A stretch of 62,076 nucleotides of DNA, the filler included, from Candidatus Rokuibacteriota bacterium (GTDB lineage: Bacteria; JAUVQV01; DATDCY01), in the NCBI GenBank assembly GCA_031406795.1. It is 5 parts of 5 records of this genome, joined end to end, with 100 filler letters (N's around TTAATTAATTAA, not from the genome) between each part and the next. Parts side by side here need not be neighbours in the genome. Positions count along the whole stretch, not along the records: positions 50,631 to 55,208 come from JANOHV010000220.1; positions 55,309 to 62,076 come from JANOHV010000251.1; 3 more parts are not named here. One strand, given 5' to 3'. Under the pieces are notes generated by a model that worked only from the letters and a program-made list of their open reading frames with translations, did no database searches and was not told the DNA's origin. A program made the position numbers and the translations under genes. Below, piece by piece: positions 53,601-62,076 of this stretch (position 1 is the first letter of the stretch; each line of letters begins with the position of its first letter).

Positions 53601-55208
53601 CGAGTCGGCAAGCACCTGACCCATGTCAACGTCAGCTTTGGCCACACGGGCGATTCCTGCAGCCTCTGCCACCTGAACGCGGGGAGCGGCACGGCCGCCC
53701 ACGCCGACGGCACGCCGAGCGGGAACGGCCGCACGGCCGACGTCGCGTTCGCCACGGCCTACGCTGGCGCCACAGCTACGTTCACGGCCGGGGCTCCCCC
53801 GACGTGCACGAACCTCAGCGCGGCGAACTGCCACACCGGTTCGGCCCAGTGGGATTCAGCGGCCGCGGCATTCCCCTGCACGAACTGCCACACCATTGCT
53901 GCCGGGAAGCATATGGCGATCACCAAGGGCGGCGCCGACCAGGCGTGCACCGCTTGCCACCCAGGTGGGACCGCCTACCCGACAAAGCACAGTAAAAATG
54001 CGAATGCCAACGTCATCGAGATCCCGACCTACACGGTGGTCGGCATCACGGCATCGCCGGGCATTCACCTCGGCGGCGACCACACGGCCACCAAGGCGAT
54101 CGGCTCCTGGGGCGTGCGGCCTACGACGGAGGCGGAGATGTGCTGGTTCTGCCACGACCAGAGCGGCAACGCGATCCTCGAGCCGGCGACCGAGGCCTCG
54201 GAGTGGTCGTCGAACTTCGGCAGCACCTATAACGAGGGCTCGATCAGCACGGCGCGCTGGATCGGCTCCACGTGGACCTCGGCGCAGACCGCCAGCCCGA
54301 GTTTCGCCTACAAGTCCGCGGTGATCAACCCGGACGTGGTGGGTAACTCGCGGCGCGGCTCCATTCACACCGCGATGACCCAGGCGCAGGGTGGGCCGTC
54401 GAACAACTTCGGCGACACGACGGCTCAGATCCGCTGCTCCTACTGCCACGACGTTCACGATTTCAACAAGGCCACCGGCGACACCACCAGCGGGCGGCCG
54501 TGGCTGCGCGGACAGTGGAAGGCCAGCACCTACAAGCAAGACGGCGCACCCCAGTCGGGGACCAACTATCCGTCCACCACCCCGTTCGGTGCCGTGCCGC
54601 GTGCCAGAACCATCAACACCCACTCGATGGGCGGCTACTGGATCGACCAGAACAGCAACAGCCCGGCGAGTGCGTGGACGCCGGCGGTGTTCGGCGGACT
54701 GTGCGCTCTGTGTCACGACGGGACGCCTGGTGATGACCAGGACTGGACTTCTGCCGAGATCGGCACCATCAACGTGTTCGGCACCAATTCCGACTGGGTC
54801 AGCGGGAACAACGGTCACGCCAACTCGGTCAAGGGCGGGGCTGGCGCCGGCGGCGTCACCGCTCGGAACATCTACAACGCCCGAGGCGGCACTTCGGCTT
54901 ACGCCACCAACGGGTTTGCGCACTTCCAGGGGATGACCGAGCCGGGCAACAACGGCAATTTTGGATTCCGGGAGGGTGCGAGCTTCTACACCTACACTCC
55001 GTCAACGATGACCAACGAGGGCAATCCGGTTAACACCGATCAGTGGGGAGTCGACGAGACCGGCGTTACGCTGCAGAACAACTACCACCAATTCCCCTGC
55101 TCAAAGTGCCACGTTCCGCACGCCTCGCGGCTCCCCCGCCTGATGAAGACCAACTGCCTCGACACGAAGAAGAACACCTGGGACAACACGTACCAGCTGA
55201 GCGCGGCA
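50631..55208 (+). CDS. giant multiheme c-type cytochrome (CxxCH/CxxxxCH type) with fibronectin-III-like domains; both ends missing
   Basis: Open frame across the whole contig; 16 complete CxxCH plus truncated QECH at the start, and Cx4CH, two Cx6CH and one Cx7CH; FnIII-like W..ATD..Y..Y..GL..Y/W..V.A.D segments. Confidence 0.9.
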
Positions 55209-55308
55209 NNNNNNNNNNNNNNNNNNNNNNNNNNNNNNNNNNNNNNNNNNNNTTAATTAATTAANNNNNNNNNNNNNNNNNNNNNNNNNNNNNNNNNNNN
55301 NNNNNNNN
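55209..55308. other. artificial contig linker
   Basis: N-run with TTAATTAATTAA. Confidence 0.97.
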
Positions 55309-55309
55309 G

Positions 55310-57250
55310 GCCGCGCGGGCCCGCGAAAAGGTGGAGTACGCGCTCGCAACCGAGCCGGCCAACGTCGATGGGCACCTGCTGATGAGTTCCGTTCATGTCG
55401 CCGAGAAGGACCTCGAGAAGGCGATCGCCGAGGCGCGCAAGGCCGTCGAACTCGACCCGAAGCGAATCGGCGCGCGCATCCGGCTGGCGGAGTTGCTCGC
55501 CGCCGCGAGACGGCCCGTCGAGGCCGAGGAGGCGCTAAAGGCCGCGCTTGCGGTCGATGACGCCTCAGTCGAGGCGCACGCTGCTTACGGGGAGTTCTGC
55601 CGCGTTTTCGGCCGGCTCGATGAGGCCGAGGCGCAGTTCAAACGCGTCGTGGAGCTTCAGCCGCAGAAGGCGGAGTCGCACATCCTGCTCGCCCGCTTCT
55701 ACGTGGCCGGAAAACGCCTGGATGCCGCGGAAAAGGCGCTGGTTGCCGCGACCGCCGCCGAGCCGAAGAACCCCAACCCGTTCTTTGCGCTGGCCGAGTT
55801 CCACCGCCTGCAGGGCAAGAGCGAAGAGGCGGCCGCGACATGGCGCAAGGTGCTTGAGTTCGAACCCGGCAACGCCCGCGCGCTCGGGTTACTGGCAGAG
55901 CAGGCTCTCGCGGCGGGCAAGCCCGAGGAGGCGGCCGGGCGGGTCGAGGAGCTGCTGAAGCAGCATCCCGGCGACCCGCAGGGGCTGGTTCTGAAAGGGC
56001 GCCTCGCCATGGGCAAACGCCAGTTCCGCGAGGCGGTCGAGGCCTTCCAGGGGGCCGCCAAGGCCGCGCCGCGCCACGCGCCGGCCCAGTTCTTCCTCGC
56101 GCTCGCCCATTTTGCGAACAAGGACGGGGAGCAGGGGAAGACCGCGCTGCTCGAGGCGCTCAAGATCGACCCCGAGTACCGCGATGCCCGACTGACGCTC
56201 GCCGATCTTTCGCTCAAGAGCGGAAACCTCGACGCCGCGCTCGAGGAGTCCGGCAAGATCCTCCAGGCGCAGCCTGATAATTTCCAGGCGCGGCTGATCG
56301 CCGGCACCGCGGCATTCCGCAAGCGCGACGCCGTCACCGCCGAGCGGCACTTCCAGGAGCTGTTGCGCATCGACCCGAAGAACCCGAACGGCTACCACCT
56401 GATGGGGCGCCTGGCGCTGGCGAAAAAGCAGCCCGCCGAGGCGACCGCCCAGTTCGAGAAGGCGCTCGCGATCGCGCCCGACTTCCTCCCCGCGCTGACG
56501 GACCTGGTCATGGTCGCCCTCTCGCAGAAGGACCCCGCGAAGGCCATCGCCCGGGTGAAGAAGCAGGTCGAGCTCTCGCCGCGCACGGGTTCCTTCCAGA
56601 TGCTGCTCGGCCAACTCTATGAGCGCGATGGCAAGGCCGATCTGGCCGAGACCAGTCTCAAGAAGGCGATGGAGCTGGACCCCGCGAACAACGCGCTTTA
56701 CGTCGCGCTCGGCAGTTTTTACGCACGGCACAAGATGCTGGACAAGGCCCAACGTGAATACGAGACGGCGGTCGCGAAGCAGCCGGACCTGCTGCCGGCG
56801 CGGATGCTGCTCGGCGTCGTCCACGATTCGAAGAAGGACTATGTCAAGGCTCGCGAGCAATACGAAGCGGTGCTGAGGATCGACCCGAAGTTCGGCCCTG
56901 CGGCGAACAACCTGGCCTGGATCGAGGCCGAGCACGGTGGCAGCCTGGACCGCGCGGTGCAGCTGATCCAGGTCGCCGAAGAGAAGATGCCGCAGGACCC
57001 GAGCGTGGCCGATACGCAGGGGTGGATCTTCTACAAGATGAACACCTTCGCACGCGCGGTGACGTCACTCGAGGAGGCTCGCGAGAAGCTCGGGGAGAAC
57101 CCGGTCGTCCGGTACCACCTGGGCATGGCCTACTTCAAGACCGGGAAGAAGGACGCGGCGGCCGCGGAATTGAAGAAGGCGCTGGAGCTGAGCGCGACGT
57201 TCGAAGGTGCGGACGAGGCCCGCAAGACTCTCGGGGAGATCGGGAAGTAG
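55310..57250 (+). CDS. prsT: TPR-repeat protein, PEP-CTERM system PrsT-like (5' truncated)
   Basis: Many TPRs; C-terminal AANNLAW..DTQGWIFYK..YHLGMAY..EARKTL; next to prsR. Confidence 0.75.
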   Translation, partial: AARAREKVEYALATEPANVDGHLLMSSVHVAEKDLEKAIAEARKAVELDPKRIGARIRLAELLAAARRPVEAEEALKAALAVDDASVEAHAAYGEFCRVFGRLDEAEAQFKRVVELQPQKAESHILLARFYVAGKRLDAAEKALVAATAAEPKNPNPFFALAEFHRLQGKSEEAAATWRKVLEFEPGNARALGLLAEQALAAGKPEEAAGRVEELLKQHPGDPQGLVLKGRLAMGKRQFREAVEAFQGAAKAAPRHAPAQFFLALAHFANKDGEQGKTALLEALKIDPEYRDARLTLADLSLKSGNLDAALEESGKILQAQPDNFQARLIAGTAAFRKRDAVTAERHFQELLRIDPKNPNGYHLMGRLALAKKQPAEATAQFEKALAIAPDFLPALTDLVMVALSQKDPAKAIARVKKQVELSPRTGSFQMLLGQLYERDGKADLAETSLKKAMELDPANNALYVALGSFYARHKMLDKAQREYETAVAKQPDLLPARMLLGVVHDSKKDYVKAREQYEAVLRIDPKFGPAANNLAWIEAEHGGSLDRAVQLIQVAEEKMPQDPSVADTQGWIFYKMNTFARAVTSLEEAREKLGENPVVRYHLGMAYFKTGKKDAAAAELKKALELSATFEGADEARKTLGEIGK

Positions 57251-57426
57251 ATGCATGTGGACTGCCGGAACGTGCGGGACCCGGGACCGTTCGGACTGCG
57301 GGGTCCTGTCGCTGCGGACCTCCATCGTGCTGTGCACGCTGGAGACCTCCCCTCCGCGCCACCCCTCCGTCCAGACCGTGCATCAAATTCGCGGCTATGG
57401 TGAGTAGGGGTCGGGGACATTGGTTC

Positions 57427-57507
57427 GTAGGGGCGGGGTTGACCCCCGCCCGAAATCGAGAATGTCATACGGGGAACAGTCGGGAGGGGATAAACCCGCT
57501 CCCCTAC
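57427..57507. repeat. GTAG-family REP pair (REPIN-like)
   Basis: GTAGGGGCGGGGTTGACCCCCGCCC ... GGGAGGGGATAAACCCGCTCCCCTAC; same family as 40528-40596. Confidence 0.75.
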
Positions 57508-57551
57508 GATTCAACAACGGATCAAGCTAACGGGAAAGATTCCTCGTACGG

Positions 57552-58937
57552 ATGAGCATGGTGAAAACAACGGAGTCCGCGCCCGCCAAGCCCAAGCTCC
57601 TCATCGTCGACGATGAAGAGAGCATCCGCACGCAGCTCAAGTGGGCGCTGGCCAAGGAGTACCAGATCCTCACCGCCGAGGACCGGCCGGGCGCGCTCGC
57701 GACGTTCCTCTCCGAGCGCCCCGAGGTCGTCATCCTCGACCTGGGGCTGCCGCCTCACCCCGACGCGGTCAGCGAGGGTTTCGCGGCCCTCGAGGCGATG
57801 CGCCGCGAGGACGAGCTGGTCAAGGTCATCGTCAGCTCGGGCCGCAGCGAAAAAGAGAACGCGCTGCAGGCTATCGGCCGCGGGGCGTACGACTTCCTCC
57901 CGAAGCCGGTGCAGGTCGACGAACTCAAGCTGATCCTCTCCCGCGCTTTCCACGTCGCGCGCCTGGAGCGCGAGTTCCGCGACCTGCAGCACCGGGTCGC
58001 CTCCGGCTCCTTCGAGGGGATGCTCGGCACCAGCCCGCAGATCCAGGAAGTCTTCGGCGCGATCCGCAAGGTGGCCACCACCGACGCCCCGGTGCTGATC
58101 ACCGGCGAGAACGGCACCGGCAAGGAACTGGCTGCGCTGGCCATCCACCGCAGCGGCAGCCGGGGGGGCGGCCCGTTCATCGCGATTAACTGCGGCGCCA
58201 TCCCCGAAAGTCTGCTTGAGAGCGAACTGTTCGGGCACGAAAAGGGAGCCTTCACCGGCGCCCACGTCCAGCGCAAGGGTCGGGTCGAGCTGGCTCAGGG
58301 CGGCACGCTCTTCCTCGACGAGATCGGTGACCTCTCCGCGCCGCTGCAGGTTAAGCTGCTGCGCTTCCTTCAGGAGCATCGGATCGAGCGTGTCGGCGGC
58401 CGTGAGCAGATCGAGGTCGACGTCCGGGTTATCGCCGCGACGAACCGCGACCTCAAGACGGCGATGCGCGAGGGCCGCTTTCGCGAGGACCTCTACTACC
58501 GGCTCGGCGTCGTCGTGATACCGCTGCCGCCGCTGCGCGACCGTGAGGGGGACATCCCGCTGCTGGCGACCACGCTGCTGCAGCGCTTCGGCGCCGAGGC
58601 CAAGCGCAAGATCTCGGCCTTCACCCCGCAGGCGCTGCGCGCGATGGAGCGCTATCAGTGGCCGGGGAACGTCCGTGAGCTGGAGAACCGCGTCAAACGC
58701 GCGGTGATCATGGCCGAGGGCACGAAAATCACCCCGGCCGATCTCGACCTGGATTCAGGCCCTGGACAATATGCGGGCACGACTCTGCGCGAGGTGCGCG
58801 ACGCGGTCGAGAAGGAACTTGTCCAGCGGGCGCTCAAGCGCCACAACGGCAACGTCACGCGCGCCGCCGCGGAGTTGGACGTCAGCCGCCCGACGATGTA
58901 CGAGTTGATGGAGAAGCTGGGGATTCCGCGGGAGTGA
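57552..58937 (+). CDS. prsR: PEP-CTERM-box sigma54 response regulator PrsR
   Basis: KPKLLIVDD..QLKWAL..LDLGLPPHPD..EG, GENGTGKE, GAFTGA, FREDLYYRL, WPGNVRELEN, Fis HTH; PEP-CTERM gene nearby. Confidence 0.88.
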   Translation: MSMVKTTESAPAKPKLLIVDDEESIRTQLKWALAKEYQILTAEDRPGALATFLSERPEVVILDLGLPPHPDAVSEGFAALEAMRREDELVKVIVSSGRSEKENALQAIGRGAYDFLPKPVQVDELKLILSRAFHVARLEREFRDLQHRVASGSFEGMLGTSPQIQEVFGAIRKVATTDAPVLITGENGTGKELAALAIHRSGSRGGGPFIAINCGAIPESLLESELFGHEKGAFTGAHVQRKGRVELAQGGTLFLDEIGDLSAPLQVKLLRFLQEHRIERVGGREQIEVDVRVIAATNRDLKTAMREGRFREDLYYRLGVVVIPLPPLRDREGDIPLLATTLLQRFGAEAKRKISAFTPQALRAMERYQWPGNVRELENRVKRAVIMAEGTKITPADLDLDSGPGQYAGTTLREVRDAVEKELVQRALKRHNGNVTRAAAELDVSRPTMYELMEKLGIPRE

Positions 58938-58947
58938 TAAGGAGTTG

Positions 58948-59277
58948 CTACTCTTTCCAGCGATAGCGGTTCTGCCCGCCAATCCTGATGTTGAGGAGTA
59001 GCACCGGCTCTTCAGGGTCCGCAGGGATCCAGTACAGAACCAGGAAATCGCGGGCGCCGGCATCCAGGAGATACTCGCGCGCGGTGATGGACTTTCCGCC
59101 GATAGTACGCCGGCGTGCAGGCGCGATCTCTTCGAAACCGGCTACGTTTTCCAGCATGACCAGATAACTCGCCTTCAAACGTTCAACAAAGCGGACTGCG
59201 CCCTTTTCACTGTAATCGTCGAGAAAAACCTGTAATCGCCGTGCAAACAGGGGAGTGGCGATAACTTCGCGTCTCAC
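58948..59277 (-). CDS. putative RelE/ParE-like toxin
   Basis: 109 aa; N-terminal beta-helix (REVIATPLFARRL), REYLL..FLVLYW..VLLLNIR pattern; overlaps upstream small gene by 4 nt. Confidence 0.5.
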   Translation of the reverse strand: MRREVIATPLFARRLQVFLDDYSEKGAVRFVERLKASYLVMLENVAGFEEIAPARRRTIGGKSITAREYLLDAGARDFLVLYWIPADPEEPVLLLNIRIGGQNRYRWKE

Positions 59278-59552
59278 CGACCATCGCCCGCGGCAACTGC
59301 CTTCGACCGGGTCAAGGCCGCGTCAAACATCGCAGAGATGGCGTCACTCGTCACATGCCTGCCGGTCAGCTGGAACTCCTCCCAGGCGATGAACGCTTCC
59401 GCCTCGAACTGTGCATCAGCTTCTGCTGCTTCGAGCGCAGGCGTGCCGACCGACTCGATTACCGCTGCCATCGGTTGCCCAAAGCGCTTGGCCACCCTGT
59501 CGAGACACTCGGCGAACTGGTCGCTGACTCTTAGATTCAGTTGTCGGCTCAT
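59274..59552 (-). CDS. putative ribbon-helix-helix antitoxin
   Basis: MSRQLNLRVSDQFAECLDRVAK RHH-like N-terminus, acidic C-terminus AWEEFQLTGRHVT; AGGAGG RBS. Confidence 0.55.
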   Translation of the reverse strand: MSRQLNLRVSDQFAECLDRVAKRFGQPMAAVIESVGTPALEAAEADAQFEAEAFIAWEEFQLTGRHVTSDAISAMFDAALTRSKAVAAGDGR

Positions 59553-59571
59553 GTTCCCACCTCCTGTAGCG

Positions 59572-59601
59572 CATGCTATCACTAGATAGCATGGTCGTCA
59601 A
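59572..59601 (-). promoter_or_regulatory. sigma70 promoter with overlapping palindromic operator for the TA-like pair
   Basis: Minus strand TTGACG-N17-TAGCAT; palindrome CATGCTATC-ACTA-GATAGCATG (59572-59593) covers the -10 box and spacer. Confidence 0.7.
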
Positions 59602-59607
59602 ACATGC

Positions 59608-59694
59608 CGCGAGGCCGCCGACAAGATCCTGGTCCCGCGGGCCCTGAAGCGCCATAACGGGAAAGTGACCCGCGCCGAGTTTGGAGTTCCGACC
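59608..59694 (+). pseudogene. degenerate copy of prsR 3' HTH segment
   Basis: Translates REAADKILVPRALKRHNGKVTRAEFGVPT versus PrsR RDAVEKELVQRALKRHNGNVTRAAAELDVSRPT. Confidence 0.75.
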
Positions 59695-59782
59695 TGCAGG
59701 AACTTCAGTTCCCTGGGAAGGACAAGTTCTGAGATTGCTACCGTCTATGCGGTGGCAACGGGGAGTGATTCAACCAGCTTGA

Positions 59783-60076
59783 ATGGAGCGCTACCAGTGG
59801 CCGGGGAACGTCCGCAAGCTGGAGAACCGCGTCAAACGCGTGGTGATCATGGCCGAGGGGACGAAGATCACCCCGGCCGATCTCGACCTGGACAGCGGCC
59901 CCGCGAAGTACGAGGGGACCACCCTCAAGGAGGTCCGCGAGGCGGTCGAAAGGGAGTTCGTCCAGCGGGCGCTCAAGCGCCACAACGGCAACGACACCCG
60001 CGCCGCCGCCGAACTGGACGTCAGCCGCCCGACGAGGTACGAGTTGATGGAGAAGCTGGGGATTCCGCGGGAGTGA
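59783..60076 (+). pseudogene. duplicated prsR 3' end (97 codons)
   Basis: Direct repeat of 58644-58937 with substitutions (ELEN>KLEN, NVTR>NDTR, TMYE>TRYE). Confidence 0.85.
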
Positions 60077-60095
60077 CAGGGGAATCGACTCGTTG

Positions 60096-60259
60096 TGTCA
60101 GTTTTGAAAAGCGTCGGAAATATTTACAATTTCCAGTGGTATGGTATTCCCAGTGGCTGTCATCTCCCGCTGGCAAGTTTCGAAACTATCCAATATCAGT
60201 ATGTTACAGGTTCCAGGAATTCGAGCGCGTGGTTCGTTTTCAATGGCATGGTTGTTGCT
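60096..60259 (+). promoter_or_regulatory. sigma54 promoter with IHF site and candidate PrsR enhancer
   Basis: TGGCATGGTTGTTGCT (60244-60259, GG-N10-GC); IHF consensus TATCAG-TATG-TTA (60194-60206); upstream TGTCAG..ATATTTACA (60096-60128). Confidence 0.7.
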
Positions 60260-60310
60260 TCTTGCCCGGACATGGGTTTGAGTGCGGCCATAAGTGAACT
60301 TGGAGGTCTT

Positions 60311-61216
60311 ATGAAAGTTCAGCCATCAAGAAGGGTGATCACAGCACTCTTTTCGCTCTTCGTCGGAATGGTCGTTCCACACAGTGCATATGCCATCCCT
60401 TCATTGCAACTAGATGTCACCCCTGGTTTCTATAACACTGCTGCCGGATCGGGTGGTATGCCGACAAAAGAAACTATTGTCGCGACCGGCGACAGTTTCA
60501 CCCTAAGCGCCTACATGACCCCGGATGGCAGGAACTCGCTTGATCAGAAGTATTATATCTCTGCCGCTCTTATCCCGAGTCCCGGAAATCAGGGCATAAA
60601 TCCGAGTGGCGACTATGGGACTTTCCAGTTTGGGGGGGTCACCATTGACACCAGTTCGATGCTTTACGGATACCCCCCCATCGAAAATCTCACCTCGGGC
60701 ACTAGCGTCGGGTGGGATTGCGGAGATCTTCCCAAACATAGCATATTCCCGACTTACTTCACCGAGATCATGTTCAACTTCGAGGGCGGCGACGTCCCGA
60801 GCCTCAACACGCAGACCGGCGAGCCGGCAGCGGGAACCATGTTCGCAGAGAACTTCGACGTCGACGTCTCCAACATCCTGGAAGGGTACGCCATCCACTT
60901 CGACCTCTACAACGAGAACTTCTACAATACCTTCAGCACCACAACAAACGTGTTGACCTGGGAGAAGAGCTGCACGGGGAAGGGGAGCAAGAAGACCTGC
61001 GTGTCCGTCCCGATCTACAAGCAGTTGGTCAGCACGAACACGACCTTGACGACCGAATGGACACCCTCGACGACAGATGTCGATATCAGGGACTTCGCCC
61101 CCTTCTCCCACGATGCGGAGTCGGGCAACCATCGGGCAGTACCTGAACCGGGAACCATCATTCTGCTCGGTTCCGGTCTCCTCGGTCTCGGCCTCCTCCG
61201 CCGTCGCAAGAACTAG
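60311..61216 (+). CDS. PEP-CTERM protein (choice-of-anchor N-like)
   Basis: Signal peptide AYA-IPSLQLD; HSIFPTYF, IHFDLY, FAPFSHDA; tail VPEPGTIILLGSGLLGLGLLRRRKN; GGAGG RBS. Confidence 0.9.
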   Translation: MKVQPSRRVITALFSLFVGMVVPHSAYAIPSLQLDVTPGFYNTAAGSGGMPTKETIVATGDSFTLSAYMTPDGRNSLDQKYYISAALIPSPGNQGINPSGDYGTFQFGGVTIDTSSMLYGYPPIENLTSGTSVGWDCGDLPKHSIFPTYFTEIMFNFEGGDVPSLNTQTGEPAAGTMFAENFDVDVSNILEGYAIHFDLYNENFYNTFSTTTNVLTWEKSCTGKGSKKTCVSVPIYKQLVSTNTTLTTEWTPSTTDVDIRDFAPFSHDAESGNHRAVPEPGTIILLGSGLLGLGLLRRRKN

Positions 61217-61232
61217 CAACAGCCAGTAACAC

Positions 61233-61278
61233 TTAAAGCGATGGCCGCCCGGGATGAACCGGGCGGCCATCGCTTTAA
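61233..61278. terminator. bidirectional Rho-independent terminator
   Basis: TTAAAGCGATGGCCGCCCGG-GATGAA-CCGGGCGGCCATCGCTTTAA. Confidence 0.85.
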
Positions 61279-61322
61279 ATGCGTCCGGATTTCACGGTGA
61301 AGATTGCTGCTCAAAGCGTTGC

Positions 61323-61538
61323 TTAACTATGCAGACTACGCACTGTCGATTGTGCACATCGAGGCCCGCGGCCGAGGACGGCGACCGTGCGCCCGGACAG
61401 GATATTCGCCAGCTTGCCGTCACTGATCGATATGGTCTTGACGGTCAGTCGCCCGGGTTCGACGACTGCGCCGTAGATTAAAACGGCGACGATCAGGAGC
61501 AGCAGTCCGAGCTTAGCTGGAAGCCGCCTCCGCGACAT
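61323..61538 (-). pseudogene. truncated/frameshifted membrane-anchored metallophosphoesterase N-terminus
   Basis: TM, then VEPGRLTVKTISI..LSGRTVAVL; the expected DxH motif (GAT GTG CAC) follows out of frame. Confidence 0.5.
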
Positions 61539-61761
61539 GAGCGGGCATCATGCACGAGAACAGATCGGAATGCCACGATCAGGTCGGCATGCCCGCCCTT
61601 CACCGCAGCCTGGCGCGTACGCGGGTGCACGGGGAAGCCCAGAGGCAAGCTCGCGGAAGAATACCTCAGCCAACGCCCGCGGGGACAATCTCTTGACGCT
61701 CGCAGTCAGAAAAGACTACTGTATGACATCGCGTGTAGATGTAATGAAACGGAGGTGAGAG

Positions 61762-62016
61762 ATGGCTCTCAACATCAGGAATCCGGAGACGGAGAAACTC
61801 GCGCAAACATTGGCGCGGCTCACCGGAGAAAGCAAGACCGAAGCAGTCACCCGGGCCCTTCGCGACAGGCTGACCCGCTTAAACAGAAAGCGTTCGCAAC
61901 GCCGACTCGCCGACGAGCTCGACGAGATAGCGCGGCATTGCGCGCGGCTCACGGAGCTGGATGATCGGGCTGCCGACGACATCCTGGGGTACGACGCCAA
62001 TGGGCTGCCGCGCTGA
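61762..62016 (+). CDS. vapB: VapB family antitoxin (Rv0623-like)
   Basis: MALNIRNPETEKLA..LTGESKTEAVTRALRDRL..DDILGYDANGLP; GGAGG RBS. Confidence 0.9.
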   Translation: MALNIRNPETEKLAQTLARLTGESKTEAVTRALRDRLTRLNRKRSQRRLADELDEIARHCARLTELDDRAADDILGYDANGLPR

Positions 62017-62076
62017 TGGTCATCGATACCTCCGCCATCCTTGCCATCCTGCAGGACGAGCCCGAACGCCGCGCCT
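62016..62076 (+). CDS. vapC: VapC PIN-domain toxin (5' part; runs off window)
   Basis: MVIDTSAILAILQDEPERR; TGATG overlap with vapB. Confidence 0.85.
   Translation, partial: MVIDTSAILAILQDEPERRA

Noticed and set aside
30390-55308. Repeated TTAATTAATTAA motifs inside N-runs
   Set aside because: Identical 100-nt artificial scaffold linkers; not biological, and gene adjacency across them was ignored.
1-62076. tRNA, rRNA and CRISPR arrays
   Set aside because: None recognised by eye; a tRNAscan/Infernal run would be needed to exclude them formally.

Overview
High-GC Gram-negative bacterial DNA (metagenome-bin style), made of five contigs joined by artificial N-TTAATTAATTAA-N linkers (30390-30489, 47503-47602, 50531-50630, 55209-55308), so adjacency across linkers means nothing. 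Contig 1 carries ino1 (partial), two DUF3494 ice-binding-like genes ending in IPTL-CTERM-type sorting signals and, divergently, a four-gene overlapping operon: SpeD-like pyruvoyl decarboxylase, a double-domain exosortase, a GT-C-like membrane protein and a methyltransferase-fold protein with an atypical motif I. This is the best candidate for an undescribed system: a dedicated protein-anchoring or anchor-biosynthesis pathway. It is followed by a PqiA-domain gene, a REC-histidine kinase, tamA/tamB, a 2.9-kaa cyclic beta-1,2-glucan synthase, cti and a multi-PAS gene. Two diverged copies of a ~200-bp palindrome-bounded non-coding element lie 23.6 kb apart. Contig 2 is mostly housekeeping (dnaE, accA, dnaJ, ClpX-like ATPase, second J protein, mnmA) with REPs and a MITE with an 8-bp target duplication. 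Contig 3 has an IS91-like remnant, a radical SAM gene, a serine hydrolase and a DUF4015-like fragment. Contig 4 is an internal piece of a giant multiheme cytochrome with FnIII-like domains. Contig 5 has a PEP-CTERM locus (prsT, prsR, sigma54-driven PEP-CTERM gene), a TA-like pair between reiterated prsR 3' ends, and vapBC. All family calls come from motif recognition by eye; no database searches were run.
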